The notes: generated from the letters alone by a model not told the origin. A stretch of DNA of 64,000 nucleotides from Patescibacteria group bacterium (GCA_041671325.1 JBAZBR010000003.1:4506-68505), one strand, 5' to 3'. Positions 10,173 through 21,110 are shown, numbered from the stretch's first letter. Translations and numbers: made by a program.

Positions 10173-10703
10173 TCAAACCAGGTTATTTTTGAGTTGCTTC
10201 AGTTGTCCAATCACGACCAGTACACTCCCGATCCCAAGTGCGCCGACGACGTACGGTACGCCATCTTCGAGTCCTGGAAGGATCGCTTTTGCCGCCCATA
10301 GGTAGACTACTGTTGTTCCGAGTCCCAGGAGTATGTAAAAGAGCGACTTAATCCGTGTATACATATACGAGAGGATATACACCGATAGAGCAACTGACGG
10401 TTCCAGCCACTTCAGGCCAGAAACATACTGATCCTTGGTTGATATTCCAAGTGCGATGAGCACGAGCATTATGCCGATGTACCACCAGAACATACAGAAG
10501 ATCCCGATGATACAGGCTGCCGGCGTATTGCCTTCGCGGATACTGACGAAGAGCCCGATCGAATGGAAAATCGCCCCGAAAAGTAGGATCAGCAACCCAC
10601 CCGGATGCGGCGGTAAAGATTTGACCTGAAGTCCGATAAAGAGAAAACACAGGGAAATGATACTGAAAAGGACAAAAATTACCGTGTTTAAAGGTTTTTG
10701 CAT
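10173..10703 (-). CDS. 6-TM membrane protein, possibly SatP/YaaH (GPR1/FUN34)-like
   Basis: Six hydrophobic helices; EGNTPAACIIGIFCMFWW resembles the GNTFGATAF...FW motif. Confidence 0.5.
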   Translation of the reverse strand: MQKPLNTVIFVLFSIISLCFLFIGLQVKSLPPHPGGLLILLFGAIFHSIGLFVSIREGNTPAACIIGIFCMFWWYIGIMLVLIALGISTKDQYVSGLKWLEPSVALSVYILSYMYTRIKSLFYILLGLGTTVVYLWAAKAILPGLEDGVPYVVGALGIGSVLVVIGQLKQLKNNLV

Positions 10704-10890
10704 TGGTCCTCCCAAACTATTTTAGATTTTGTTTCAGTGTGTTTTGTGAATATTTTAATTAGAGATAAACCTATCATGGTATAATAGAAAACGTCAATAT
10801 CAAACGTTGATCCAGGAGTCATGGTTGGCATGAATAATTGTGGGCTTATTTTCACCGATATCCATTATAGATTGATTTACCTACCCGGAC

Positions 10891-10919
10891 TTGACAGGCT
10901 TCAGGATCTTAGTTATGAT
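10891..10919 (+). promoter_or_regulatory. sigma70 promoter for 16S
   Basis: TTGACA-N17-TATGAT. Confidence 0.75.
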
Positions 10920-11112
10920 GTTAGAGCCGATAATTTATAGTTCTTGTACCGTAAATTCGGCAGAATAAACCTTATTTTATGTAAAGCTTTAGAAAACTGA
11001 CAATTCAGGTTTTTAAAGAGGAAAAGACAGTGATGCCTATGAAAAGGCCTCCCTGTTTTTCTTTAGCCCTCCGAAGCCGGGCGAAGGAGGGTTTGGAAAG
11101 GTTAACTCGAAA

Positions 11113-11140
11113 GATCGTTGACAACTAAAGAGTGGTAAGA
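11113..11140 (+). promoter_or_regulatory. rrn boxA-like sequence and 5' strand of the 16S processing stem (pairs with 13109-13132)
   Basis: GTTGACAACTAAAGAGTGGTAAGA is near-complementary to TCTTACCACTCTTGAGTTGTTAAC. Confidence 0.8.
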
Positions 11141-11284
11141 TGAACTCTAAGGTGAAAGCAATTTCGCTTTAGAGCAAATAGAACGTCAATTTCAATAAAT
11201 CTTTTTCTTGGATTTTTTAAATCCAAGGCAGTTTTTTAAAAAGTTTTCTGCGATAAACTTTGTTGAGAGCCAATGCTTTCAAAC

Positions 11285-11340
11285 TTATTTGAGAGTTTTC
11301 CGGCATAGCCGGACCCGGCTTTGCCGGGGATCCTACCCAG
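11285..11340 (+). pseudogene. interrupted duplicate of the 16S 5' end containing a 30-nt palindromic insert (11299-11328)
   Basis: TTATTTGAGAGTTT[TCCGGCATAGCCGGACCCGGCTTTGCCGGG]GATCCT versus intact TTATTTGAGAGTTTGATCCT at 11390. Confidence 0.75.
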
Positions 11341-11389
11341 CTTTTTCTTAATTGACAAAGTTGGTTTAAAGATTTAATTCTTAAAGATT

Positions 11390-12970
<1,581 letters not shown>

Positions 12971-13236
12971 CTAGGGAGATACGGTGTCGTCCCACCAAAT
13001 GGTGGGACACATTATAGTCGTGCTGTCAGTTTAGATTGCCTTCGGGGCAATATAAACTGACAACTATTGCCTCGTGAAACGAGGTATTGATAAGTTCTAT
13101 TTTATTTCTCTTACCACTCTTGAGTTGTTAACATGATGACATCCCGCATAAACAATAGGGCCGGCTGCCTGCGGGATGGCACCTCGCATTTAGCTATTGT
13201 TTCGATAATAAAGATTTACAAATTGCGGGGGCCAAA

Positions 13237-13266
13237 GGGCTGGCCTATGACGGCCAGTCTTTTTTT
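13237..13266 (+). terminator. intrinsic terminator after 16S
   Basis: GGGCTGGCC-tatgac-GGCCAGTC followed by T7. Confidence 0.75.
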
Positions 13267-13293
13267 GATAAGTTATTAATACTTGGTTTTTAA

Positions 13294-13350
13294 GGGCGAC
13301 TAGCTCCCCGTATCACTCCCTTCGGTCGGATACGGGGCAGTCAGATGGTT
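13294..13350 (+). pseudogene. tRNA-Ile 5' fragment interrupted by a CCCCGTATC...GATACGGGG hairpin
   Basis: GGGCGACTAGCT[insert]CAGATGGTT. Confidence 0.75.
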
Positions 13351-13376
13351 TGCGATAAGCCCCTGCGGTGGGCGAC

Positions 13377-13486
13377 TAGCTCAGATGGTTAGAGCGTTCA
13401 CCCCGTACCAAAGGGGGCATGTAGCTCAGATGGTTAGAGCGTTCACCCCGTACCAAAGGGGGCATGTAGCTCAGATGGTTAGAGCG
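13377..13486 (+). repeat. 45-nt direct repeat, about 2.4 copies
   Basis: TAGCTCAGATGGTTAGAGCGTTCACCCCGTACCAAAGGGGGCATG at 13377 and 13422, partial at 13467. Confidence 0.9.
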
Positions 13487-13536
13487 CGTCACTGATAATG
13501 ACGAGGTCCCTGGTTCGACTCCAGGCATGCCCACCA
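13460..13536 (+). tRNA. tRNA-Ile(GAU)
   Basis: Full cloverleaf GGGCATG...CGTCA-CTGATAA-TGACG...CATGCCC-ACCA. Confidence 0.96.
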
Positions 13537-13670
13537 TTGCCCCTTTTGGTACGGGGCGGAGCTGATAATGACCTGCCTGCGCGAAGCCGCTTCGGCAAAG
13601 GCAGGCGAGGTCTCAGGTTTCCGGCATAGCCGGACCCGGCTCTGCCGGGCGATTCCTGAGTCGCCCACCA

Positions 13671-13778
13671 CGCGTCATCGCTTGCTTCACCTTCCGCATA
13701 ACCAAGGTTTTGGTTCTGCTCCAGGTTCCGCAAGCGTGCCGCTTTACCCATTTCATCAAAGATGAAATGGGGACCCCC
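13671..13778 (+). repeat. tRNA-trailing modular repeat, copy 1
   Basis: TTCACCTTCCG...CAGGTTCC...CGCTTTACCCA-hairpin-TGGGGACCCC shared with other tRNA trailers. Confidence 0.7.
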
Positions 13779-13786
13779 TGGTTTAT

Positions 13787-13863
13787 GGGTTCGTAGCTCA
13801 GTTGGTTAGAGCGCCACATTGACATTGTGGAGGTCAGAGGTTCAACTCCTCTCGGACCCACCA
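13787..13863 (+). tRNA. tRNA-Val(GAC)
   Basis: CCACA-TTGACAT-TGTGG anticodon arm, CCA end. Confidence 0.96.
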
Positions 13864-14040
13864 GTTCGTTTCGTGCTTCGCCCTGCGTGAGCACGCTAAC
13901 GCTTGCTCACTCCGGACTCCGCACGAAGCCTCGCTTTCCCGACAAATCCGTACTCGCTTCGCTGCGTTCCTGATTTGTCGGGGTTTATTCCGCAAGTGTG
14001 CCGCTTTCCCCACGCGCCAGTTCCGCCGCGTGGGGCCCTC
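13864..14040 (+). repeat. tRNA-trailing modular repeat, copy 2
   Basis: GAAGCCTCGCTTTCCC and TTTCCCCACGCGCCAGTTCCGCCGCGTGGGG shared with the Pro trailer. Confidence 0.7.
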
Positions 14041-14074
14041 AATTTTGCAATTTTAAAACTCAGTTCACTTTGGG

Positions 14075-14149
14075 GCCGAGTTAGCTCAGTGGTAGAGCGC
14101 AGCCCTGAAGAGGCTGGCGTCGTCAGTTCGATTCTGACACTCGGCACCA
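14075..14149 (+). tRNA. tRNA-Phe(GAA)
   Basis: CAGCC-CTGAAGA-GGCTG, GCCGAGT/ACTCGGC-ACCA. Confidence 0.96.
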
Positions 14150-14192
14150 AAGTGAACTGAGAAGAGGGCTTTCAATTATTAAAAACTTCTAA

Positions 14193-14269
14193 CGGGGTGT
14201 AGTTCAGTTGGCTAGAACGCTCGCTTTGGGAGCGAGAGGTCCGCGGTTCGAGTCCGCGCACCCCGACCA
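14193..14269 (+). tRNA. tRNA-Pro(UGG)
   Basis: CTCGC-TTTGGGA-GCGAG, CGGGGTG/CACCCCG-ACCA. Confidence 0.96.
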
Positions 14270-14432
14270 GCTCGTTTCACGCTGCGAGCTCTGTTTTGCC
14301 GTAAACGGCAAAAGCGCCGCTCTACGCGTGAAGCCTCGCTTTCCCCATTTCATCTTTGATGAAATGGGGACCCCCAAGTTGGTTTCCACAAGCACGCCGT
14401 TTTCCCCACGCGCCAGTTCCGCCGCGTGGGGC
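14270..14432 (+). repeat. tRNA-trailing modular repeat, copy 3
   Basis: Contains both CCATTTCATC-GATGAAATGGGGACCCC (as after Ile) and the CCCCACGCG hairpin (as after Val). Confidence 0.75.
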
Positions 14433-14520
14433 GAATTGATTTTGCATTAAAAATTTTGGGACCCCAGGAAAATTTAAACAAACAAAAAAGCCGTGCAATG
14501 AAGACGACTTTTTTAAATAA

Positions 14521-14673
14521 CTAGACAATGGCAAGTGCTTTTGGCCTGGTGTCTACCCAACAGACGGGGCAGAAGTAACCATCAACAAAGGCATACATAA
14601 AAACGTCAGAAACAGTGAAAACGTAGCCACACGCATCACATGAATGGTTGGTTTTTGTATTTGGTTCAGCCAT
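14521..14673 (-). CDS. small CxxC...CxxC zinc-finger protein
   Basis: SD AAGGAG, CDAC...CPVC. Confidence 0.55.
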   Translation of the reverse strand: MAEPNTKTNHSCDACGYVFTVSDVFMYAFVDGYFCPVCWVDTRPKALAIV

Positions 14674-14768
14674 TTTTGAACGAAACTCCTTTTGGTATTT
14701 TTGTGTTAATTTTTCGAGCGTAAATCTTAACAGCATCTTGCAAAGATGTCAAGCCTTGATTTTGGATT

Positions 14769-15636
14769 GGGTATACCCTGCCTGATGGAACAAGGATAAA
14801 GTGAAATTACTCGCTTTAACCTTATGTCTCATATGATCGCCCTCTTAAAATAAATACCTTCAGAAGCTAAGATCAGAAAAACTTTAAGGCAAATTATCTT
14901 CGGACACAATCTCTGCTGTCCTCATTGTCACTCCAGACAAGTTTATTCTTCAGAAGACCGTTATCGTTGTCGAAAATGTCGCAAGCCTTTTAGCCTATTA
15001 TCCAATACCTGGCTTAAAGACATGAAACTTTCCCTTAGAACCTTTTGGGCGCTATTATGGTGCTGGACTCAAAAAATACCCGTTTTACAGACTCAGAAGC
15101 TCTGTCATATCCAAGAAGAATCGGTTAGATATTGGTTTAGGCAATTTAGACTACATTTACCCCAATTTGAGCCAATTTTGAACGGTCATATCCAAATGGA
15201 CGAAGCCTACTTTAAAAATTTAGCCCTGCTTATGGCTAAACAGGAGAGTAGTCGAAACCTAGCCCATCAAGTCATCTTCAAGAAGTCCGTGGACAAACGC
15301 GATGCTACCGAATTCCTGTTCCAACACGTTGAGCCTAAAAGCTATTTGCAAACTGATGGCTCTGGTATCTATCAAAACATTAACCAATGGTGGCAGGTTA
15401 AGCACAAACAGGATATTCACAAGAGATGGGAATTTGAATTAACCAGTGAAATTGAAGGGATGTTTGGCAACTTACGGACTTTTATTAGAAGAATGTATCA
15501 CCATGCCACTTCGATTTACCTGCCAGAATACGTAAGTGAATTTTGCTTCAGATTTTCCTCACCTGAAATCTTCATTTCACCCAATAGTTACTTAGCTAAA
15601 ACCCTTGTCGCTTGTTCCAACTGATATGGATTACCC
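14769..15636 (+). mobile_element. IS1595-family insertion sequence (decayed)
   Basis: Imperfect 26-bp TIRs GGGTA...TGGAACAAG (19/26 match) flanking the transposase. Confidence 0.75.
14824..15624 (+). pseudogene. IS1595 transposase with in-frame TAA at 14851
   Basis: Zn ribbon CPHC...CRKC in frame upstream of 15022; MDEAYF, TDG, EIEGMF, YLPEYVSEFCFRF motifs. Confidence 0.85.
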
Positions 15637-15722
15637 ATTACGGTACCCTTGACAATTTGATAAAAATTTGCTAGATTAATCGGAAAACAAAAAACGAAGA
15701 AATTGAAAAGAAAGGAGGCTGT

Positions 15723-16763
15723 ATGGCGTGGATTTTCTGGGTGGTAATAATCACCCTGATAACCTCGGCCATTGGCCGATTTTTCCTTAATAGCTCGGAA
15801 GTCAATTTTATCTCCTCGGCCATTAGCCTGATTTTTATCAGCAAGCTTTTAGGCGAGGCGACACAACATTTGGCCAGGTACCTTGGTCAAAAAAAGGCGG
15901 GGTTATTGAATGTGACTCTGAGCAACTTACCGGAAATTATTATCATCTATGCTGCCATTCGGGCAAACCAAATCGAATTAGTCCAGGGTGGTATTGTTGG
16001 TTCTATTATTGGTAATTTGCTTTTGGTTTTGGGCTTCTCGATCATTTTAGGCTGCAAAAAAAATGGGACAATGAAGTTTCAAGCTTCTACCGGTACCTAT
16101 TTTATAACCCAGCTCATGGTGGTTGGCGTAACCCTGTTATTGCCAAGCCTATTTGCCAACAGGATCCCAGTCGGGAACCAACAGATTTTCAGCAACTTGC
16201 TTTCTTATGTCCTGATCGTAGTTTATCTCTGCTATTTCTTATTCTTTCTGGATAAAGAAAGAATGGGGGTAGTGAATGAACAAGCTGAAAAAATGGATGG
16301 AACCTGGAGTAAAAAGGCTTCGCTGGCGACTTTAATCATAATGACCGCAGCTGCTTATTGGCAAAGTGAAAATCTGGTGATGGAAGTTGAAGCGGTTTCT
16401 CAAAGCTTGAATATTTCCAAAGCCATGATTGGTTTCATCATCCTGCCGGTGTTAGGTAATATTGCTGAACATGTTTCAGCAATAATGTCAGCCAGGAAAG
16501 GTTTGATTGAACTATCGCTGGCCATTTCAGTGGGTAGCGCGTCACAAGTCGGGATGATTGTTGCCCCTCTGGCAGTTATCCTTGGAACTTTGACTGGAAA
16601 TCCCATTACCTTAAATTTCGCTGGGTTACCCTTTGGTCTTTTGGCGATTTCTCTAGTCGCCACTTACATTGTCTTGAGAGATAACAAGTGGAACATGATC
16701 GAAGGCATTATGTTGATTGTTCTGTACTTCAATATGACACTAGCCTTTTTCTTTGCTCAATAA
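15723..16763 (+). CDS. Ca2+/H+ antiporter (ChaA/CAX family)
   Basis: SNLPE and GNIAEH alpha repeats, GSIIGNLLL, GSASQV. Confidence 0.9.
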   Translation: MAWIFWVVIITLITSAIGRFFLNSSEVNFISSAISLIFISKLLGEATQHLARYLGQKKAGLLNVTLSNLPEIIIIYAAIRANQIELVQGGIVGSIIGNLLLVLGFSIILGCKKNGTMKFQASTGTYFITQLMVVGVTLLLPSLFANRIPVGNQQIFSNLLSYVLIVVYLCYFLFFLDKERMGVVNEQAEKMDGTWSKKASLATLIIMTAAAYWQSENLVMEVEAVSQSLNISKAMIGFIILPVLGNIAEHVSAIMSARKGLIELSLAISVGSASQVGMIVAPLAVILGTLTGNPITLNFAGLPFGLLAISLVATYIVLRDNKWNMIEGIMLIVLYFNMTLAFFFAQ

Positions 16764-16765
16764 CA

Positions 16766-16798
16766 ATACCCCCTTACCATATAGATGGTAAGGGGGTG
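16766..16798 (+). terminator. terminator hairpin
   Basis: ACCCCCTTACCAT/ATGGTAAGGGGGT. Confidence 0.7.
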
Positions 16799-16823
16799 AT
16801 TTTTAAATTAAATTAATTTAATA

Positions 16824-17840
16824 TTATTTCCCAAACGAAGTTATTATTGAATAAATTGGATATAAGCCTAAAAGGACAAAAATACCAATGTAAACAAACA
16901 TTAATTTTTTACCTTTTTCACCAACTTCTGGATCAATTCCAATTGGCCTGATAGCGGCTAGGTCGTCATATAATATGCTAGTGTATGAGGCCAGGTATAA
17001 TGGCCAAATGGTCATGAAAATTGCCGTTATGCCCATAATAAAGATTGTTGGGCCAATAGGATTACTCATGCTGACGACAAAAATAACAATCATAAGAATA
17101 ATGAGCGGTATGCCCAGGGCCAACATAAATAGGCCCAGCATTAACATGGCTCCAAAAATATTTCCCCGAAATCCCCTGGCAATGATATAGCACCGCTTGA
17201 GCGCTTCAAGACCGCCAAGACCTTCCTTGGCCACAACATAAGGCATAAGCGTAAAAGCCAGCAGCATGAGTATGCCCGGGATGGCAAAGAGGATTAAGCC
17301 GCCATAAGCAACGAACAAAGAAAGAATAGTCGCGCCAATAAATGGCAAAGCTAAGCCGCCCAACCTTGATAAAGCGCTTGAATGATCAAGCTCGTTGGAG
17401 GTTAAGAATATCGCGGTAATTAAAGACAAGAGCTGGCTGACTATTACAGAAACAAAAGTGATGATTAATGACATCCAAATTATGCCCTGGCTTGTCCCCC
17501 AACTGGAAACAAAAGCACCGCCAATGCTGATTACTAGGCCAATAATGGCATAAGGCAAATAATGGATCCAGATGGTTTTTGTTTTCCCCCAAGCCCGGCT
17601 AAAAATGTGCTTGCCGATAGTATAATTTTTTGGCGAATATTCGACATTCGCAGAAACCACATGACCAGACTGATTAGGTGTAGCAGCAGACTTATTCGGT
17701 TGTGAAACAGGCACTGATTTGATGGCTTGATTTACATCAGCTTCTTGCCAGCCTTGGGCTAATAATTGCTGGCGGATTTCCTGTTCAGCCAGGCCAGATG
17801 AACGCGCATTGTAAACCCAATTTAGTAGATTTTGGTCCAT
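16824..17840 (-). CDS. multi-TM membrane protein with small N-terminal helical domain
   Basis: N-terminal 'R..GL...EIRQQLL..GW' module, then a DUF975-like TM region (IPG...PYV..E..ALKR). Confidence 0.75.
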   Translation of the reverse strand: MDQNLLNWVYNARSSGLAEQEIRQQLLAQGWQEADVNQAIKSVPVSQPNKSAATPNQSGHVVSANVEYSPKNYTIGKHIFSRAWGKTKTIWIHYLPYAIIGLVISIGGAFVSSWGTSQGIIWMSLIITFVSVIVSQLLSLITAIFLTSNELDHSSALSRLGGLALPFIGATILSLFVAYGGLILFAIPGILMLLAFTLMPYVVAKEGLGGLEALKRCYIIARGFRGNIFGAMLMLGLFMLALGIPLIILMIVIFVVSMSNPIGPTIFIMGITAIFMTIWPLYLASYTSILYDDLAAIRPIGIDPEVGEKGKKLMFVYIGIFVLLGLYPIYSIITSFGK

Positions 17841-17850
17841 ATAAATATAC

Positions 17851-19530
17851 TTAAGGTTGAGTTGGCGTTGTGGATGTAATTGGTCCTAATTTATTTAAAC
17901 AATAGTTAAGGCTACTATTTTCTTCATTTTCTAATGTTGCACAAACTGTATAATTGGTTTTGTCTGCATTGAGTATATATATATATTTTTCTTCAGCAGT
18001 CGGTGGCGTCGGGAGCTTACTCATGAATCTATTCTTGTCATTAGCCAGCTCATCTAAAGCCGCTGGATATTTTGAATATTCATCAAAATATAAAGCTAAA
18101 CCAGTCCGGATTTGACCAACATCTGATTTTCTCTGGGCATCCCTGGCTTTTGATCGCGGGCCTTCTAGCAGAGGTGCAATGATTTCTTCAATCGGTTTGG
18201 CATTTTGGGGAATATCAACGGTTGGCTGCTCGTTAATATGGTCTAAGGCCAGGCTAAGAGTTATTCGAAATTGTTTTTCCCTAATATCATTGGAAGGATT
18301 TATAGGCACCACAACCAGAGATAATTCTATTTTTCTTGGACTTGAATCTGATTTATTTAACCAAAGATTTAAACTTATTTCTTTTACATAATCACTGGCC
18401 ACCCATTCCTCGGAAGTTAAAGGTGTATTTAATTCATTTAGTAAATTTTCGATTTGTATTACGCTAACCTTTCTGTTGCTTGCATCAGCACGGTAGGTTC
18501 GTACCATTTCTGAAAAATTGTCTCGTTTGATTAAAATGTTTATTCTTTGGGTATCTTGGCCGTTAATTTTTTCTGTACCAACCTTCTTTAGGGCTAGAGC
18601 TTTTGTTTTAATTGCATGTTTTGCCAGAATACCGATTTCAGTTTTAAGTTTTTCAGTTTCTTGCTGATTTGGCAGGCCCTTGGTTGTATCTTCCAAATTC
18701 AAACCGTAATTTTGTTCTGCATTTGTGGCATCAAGCGAAAACCATTGGCCTTTGAATGCACTTAAATCAACAAATGGAACCGCTGGAATTTGGCGGAGAA
18801 TTAAGTAAAGTTTCTTCTGGGTGTACCTTAATTCTGAATCTAAAGAATATTTTTGCCCATTACCCGTATAAGAACCAGACAGCGTCATGATTCCAGAACC
18901 ATCATCTAGCAGGTTTTTAGCATCAGTAATTTGATTGCTTTTGGCAGAAAGTGTTAACCGTCCATCAATAAGCAGGTCGGGCGGTAGATTGTTAAACGTG
19001 TTCAAAGAAAATCCAGACTTAGAATTTAGATTATGCATTTTTTCCGATGGAAGACTTTGATACCGCGGGTCTTTTGCTTCTGCCGCAACCCGAAAATTAA
19101 CACCTACTTCAGCATTTTGGATATTACCAAACCCCTTGATTGCCTGGTTTAGGATTTTTTCTGAGTTATTGCCTATGAAAGGGATAGGAATATAACCTTT
19201 CCAACCAGCAAATGCCACACCACCAAGAATTAAAGTTCCTACAATCACAGATAAAACCACCACTAAAGTTTTATGGCTGGTTTTGGGTTTTGTTCCGCTT
19301 GGACTAAAACCCTTTTGAGCGCCCTTGGCTAGATCCACAATATTTTCTGGCAGGGTTTGGCTGGCCTGGATTTCCTTTTGGACTGCTTCTCGGGGAGTTT
19401 GCAAGAGGTTTTGGACTTGCTCAAGGGTCCAGCCGCTTTTCAGCAATTCTGCCTGGATTTGTTCATTAGAAAGACCAGCTTGCCTGACCGAGACAAGCCA
19501 ATTTTGGATTTGGTTATTAGGATCCTCCAT
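17851..19530 (-). CDS. membrane-anchored protein with C-terminal pilin/GspG-like domain
   Basis: Same N-terminal module, one TM, C-terminal SKARDAQRKSDVGQIRTGLALYFDEYSKYP. Confidence 0.75.
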   Translation of the reverse strand: MEDPNNQIQNWLVSVRQAGLSNEQIQAELLKSGWTLEQVQNLLQTPREAVQKEIQASQTLPENIVDLAKGAQKGFSPSGTKPKTSHKTLVVVLSVIVGTLILGGVAFAGWKGYIPIPFIGNNSEKILNQAIKGFGNIQNAEVGVNFRVAAEAKDPRYQSLPSEKMHNLNSKSGFSLNTFNNLPPDLLIDGRLTLSAKSNQITDAKNLLDDGSGIMTLSGSYTGNGQKYSLDSELRYTQKKLYLILRQIPAVPFVDLSAFKGQWFSLDATNAEQNYGLNLEDTTKGLPNQQETEKLKTEIGILAKHAIKTKALALKKVGTEKINGQDTQRINILIKRDNFSEMVRTYRADASNRKVSVIQIENLLNELNTPLTSEEWVASDYVKEISLNLWLNKSDSSPRKIELSLVVVPINPSNDIREKQFRITLSLALDHINEQPTVDIPQNAKPIEEIIAPLLEGPRSKARDAQRKSDVGQIRTGLALYFDEYSKYPAALDELANDKNRFMSKLPTPPTAEEKYIYILNADKTNYTVCATLENEENSSLNYCLNKLGPITSTTPTQP

Positions 19531-19663
19531 ATGATTTTTATTTTAATTTTATACCTATATCTTACCAGAAAAAGCAGTTTTAGTCAAGGAAAACACTTAT
19601 GAGCCTTGTCTTTTTCAAACTAATTGCTATATTTATGCCGATTTCTCATTAATTATTAAGCAT

Positions 19664-20116
19664 ATGGCAGAAGCAAGAAAACTTTATCGTTCGCGCAAAA
19701 ACCGCATGATTGGCGGGGTTTGCGGGGGCTTGGGCGAATATTTCAACATTGACCCCATAATTTTCCGGGCGCTTTTTGTGCTTTTTACCTTGGCTGACGG
19801 GGCAGGCATTTTGGTTTATATAGTCATGATGTTTATTGTCCCAGACGAAAACAAGGTTGAAGGCTTGGGCAAAGTCGGTTCAGTTGGGGGCGTAGTTGAT
19901 GAGATTAAAGAGGGCGCACAAAATATGGCCAGGGATTTTAAAGAGAATCCTCGCTGGATGGACAATCGCCGCAATTGGATTGGCTTGATTGTGGTGGCCA
20001 TCGGCTTGCTGATTTTGATTCAGCAAATCGTGCCCATGCATTGGTTCAGGTGGGATTTCGTCTGGCCAATCTTGATAGTGATTGTCGGTTTATTCCTAAT
20101 CTTAAAACGCAAATAA
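19664..20116 (+). CDS. PspC-domain protein
   Basis: KLYRSRKNRMIGGVCGGLGEYFNIDP. Confidence 0.92.
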   Translation: MAEARKLYRSRKNRMIGGVCGGLGEYFNIDPIIFRALFVLFTLADGAGILVYIVMMFIVPDENKVEGLGKVGSVGGVVDEIKEGAQNMARDFKENPRWMDNRRNWIGLIVVAIGLLILIQQIVPMHWFRWDFVWPILIVIVGLFLILKRK

Positions 20117-20117
20117 T

Positions 20118-21086
20118 ATGGAAAATACCAATCCCCAAAATCCAGAAACAAAAAAATCAGAACCAGAAAAAAGCGTAGTTAAGGAAATTCATCATCACCA
20201 TTATGGGCAGCGCAGGCCTGGTGGGTTTTTCATTGGGCTTTTTGTTATCATTGTTGGTTTAATGTTTTTGGGCCGAGCCGCTGGTTGGCTTCCTCAAGAT
20301 ATCAATATTGATTGGAATTGGATTTGGCCCCTGATCATTATTTTTATCGGCCTTTCCATCCTAACTGGTCGAGGCTGGTTTTCTTGGCTATCTGGTACAA
20401 TCGTTACGATCATAGTTTTGGCTTTAGTTGCCTGGATGGTTTTTGGCAATTCAAGTGACAAAAATTTGACCACCCAGGAAGTGGGTTATGACAAGGCAGC
20501 TAATGTCACTAGCGCCGTGCTCAACTTGAACACTGGCGCAACCAAATTAAACATTAAAGGTGGTTCGGCTAAATTACTGACAGGGATTTTTTCCAGCTAT
20601 AATTTGGAGCTAAAACAACAGGAAGAAACCAAAGATAATATCCAGAATATTACTTTAGAAACCACTAGTTCCTGGAAATGGTTCACCTCATCCAAAAACA
20701 CCATTGATTTGCAAGTAAATAATGACCTACCAATAAACTTGAATATTGATTCCGGGGCTTCGGATATGGATTTAGATTTGACAAACGTGATGGCCAAAGC
20801 CGTTGATGTAGACACCGGAGCGTCAACCTTGAATCTGACTTTAGGTGATAAGCTTGAGCAAGCCAGCGTGAATGTGGATGCTGGGGCCAGTACCATAAAT
20901 ATCACTTTGCCTAAATCCCTAGGCGCAAAATTGAATATTGATGCCGGCGCAACCTCTAAAAACCTGTCGGATTTCAAGAAAATTGACGATAAGACTTATG
21001 AATCCAATAATTACGCCAGTACCACCAAGAAAGTAAACTTGGATTTTGGCTTAGGCGCTTCCACCCTGAACGTGAATTGGAAATAA
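20118..21086 (+). CDS. LiaF/LiaG-like TM protein with toast-rack beta-repeat domain
   Basis: WPLIIIFIG TM motif and repeated D-x-GAS-x-L strands. Confidence 0.8.
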   Translation: MENTNPQNPETKKSEPEKSVVKEIHHHHYGQRRPGGFFIGLFVIIVGLMFLGRAAGWLPQDINIDWNWIWPLIIIFIGLSILTGRGWFSWLSGTIVTIIVLALVAWMVFGNSSDKNLTTQEVGYDKAANVTSAVLNLNTGATKLNIKGGSAKLLTGIFSSYNLELKQQEETKDNIQNITLETTSSWKWFTSSKNTIDLQVNNDLPINLNIDSGASDMDLDLTNVMAKAVDVDTGASTLNLTLGDKLEQASVNVDAGASTINITLPKSLGAKLNIDAGATSKNLSDFKKIDDKTYESNNYASTTKKVNLDFGLGASTLNVNWK

Positions 21087-21110
21087 TCAGGGTTTAAAAA
21101 ACCAATTAAA

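Larger units (their letters stand above)
13370..13670 (+). pseudogene. tRNA-Ile(GAU) interrupted by three palindromic inserts
   Basis: Acceptor GGGCGAC/GTCGCCC-ACCA, D arm, CTGATAA loop and T arm TCAGG-TT|CGATT-CCTGA are recoverable after removing about 13401-13561, 13572-13605 and 13620-13649. Confidence 0.8.

Noticed and set aside
13377-13486. CRISPR array
   Set aside because: The repeats are tandem tRNA-derived duplications with no unique spacers, and no cas genes are present
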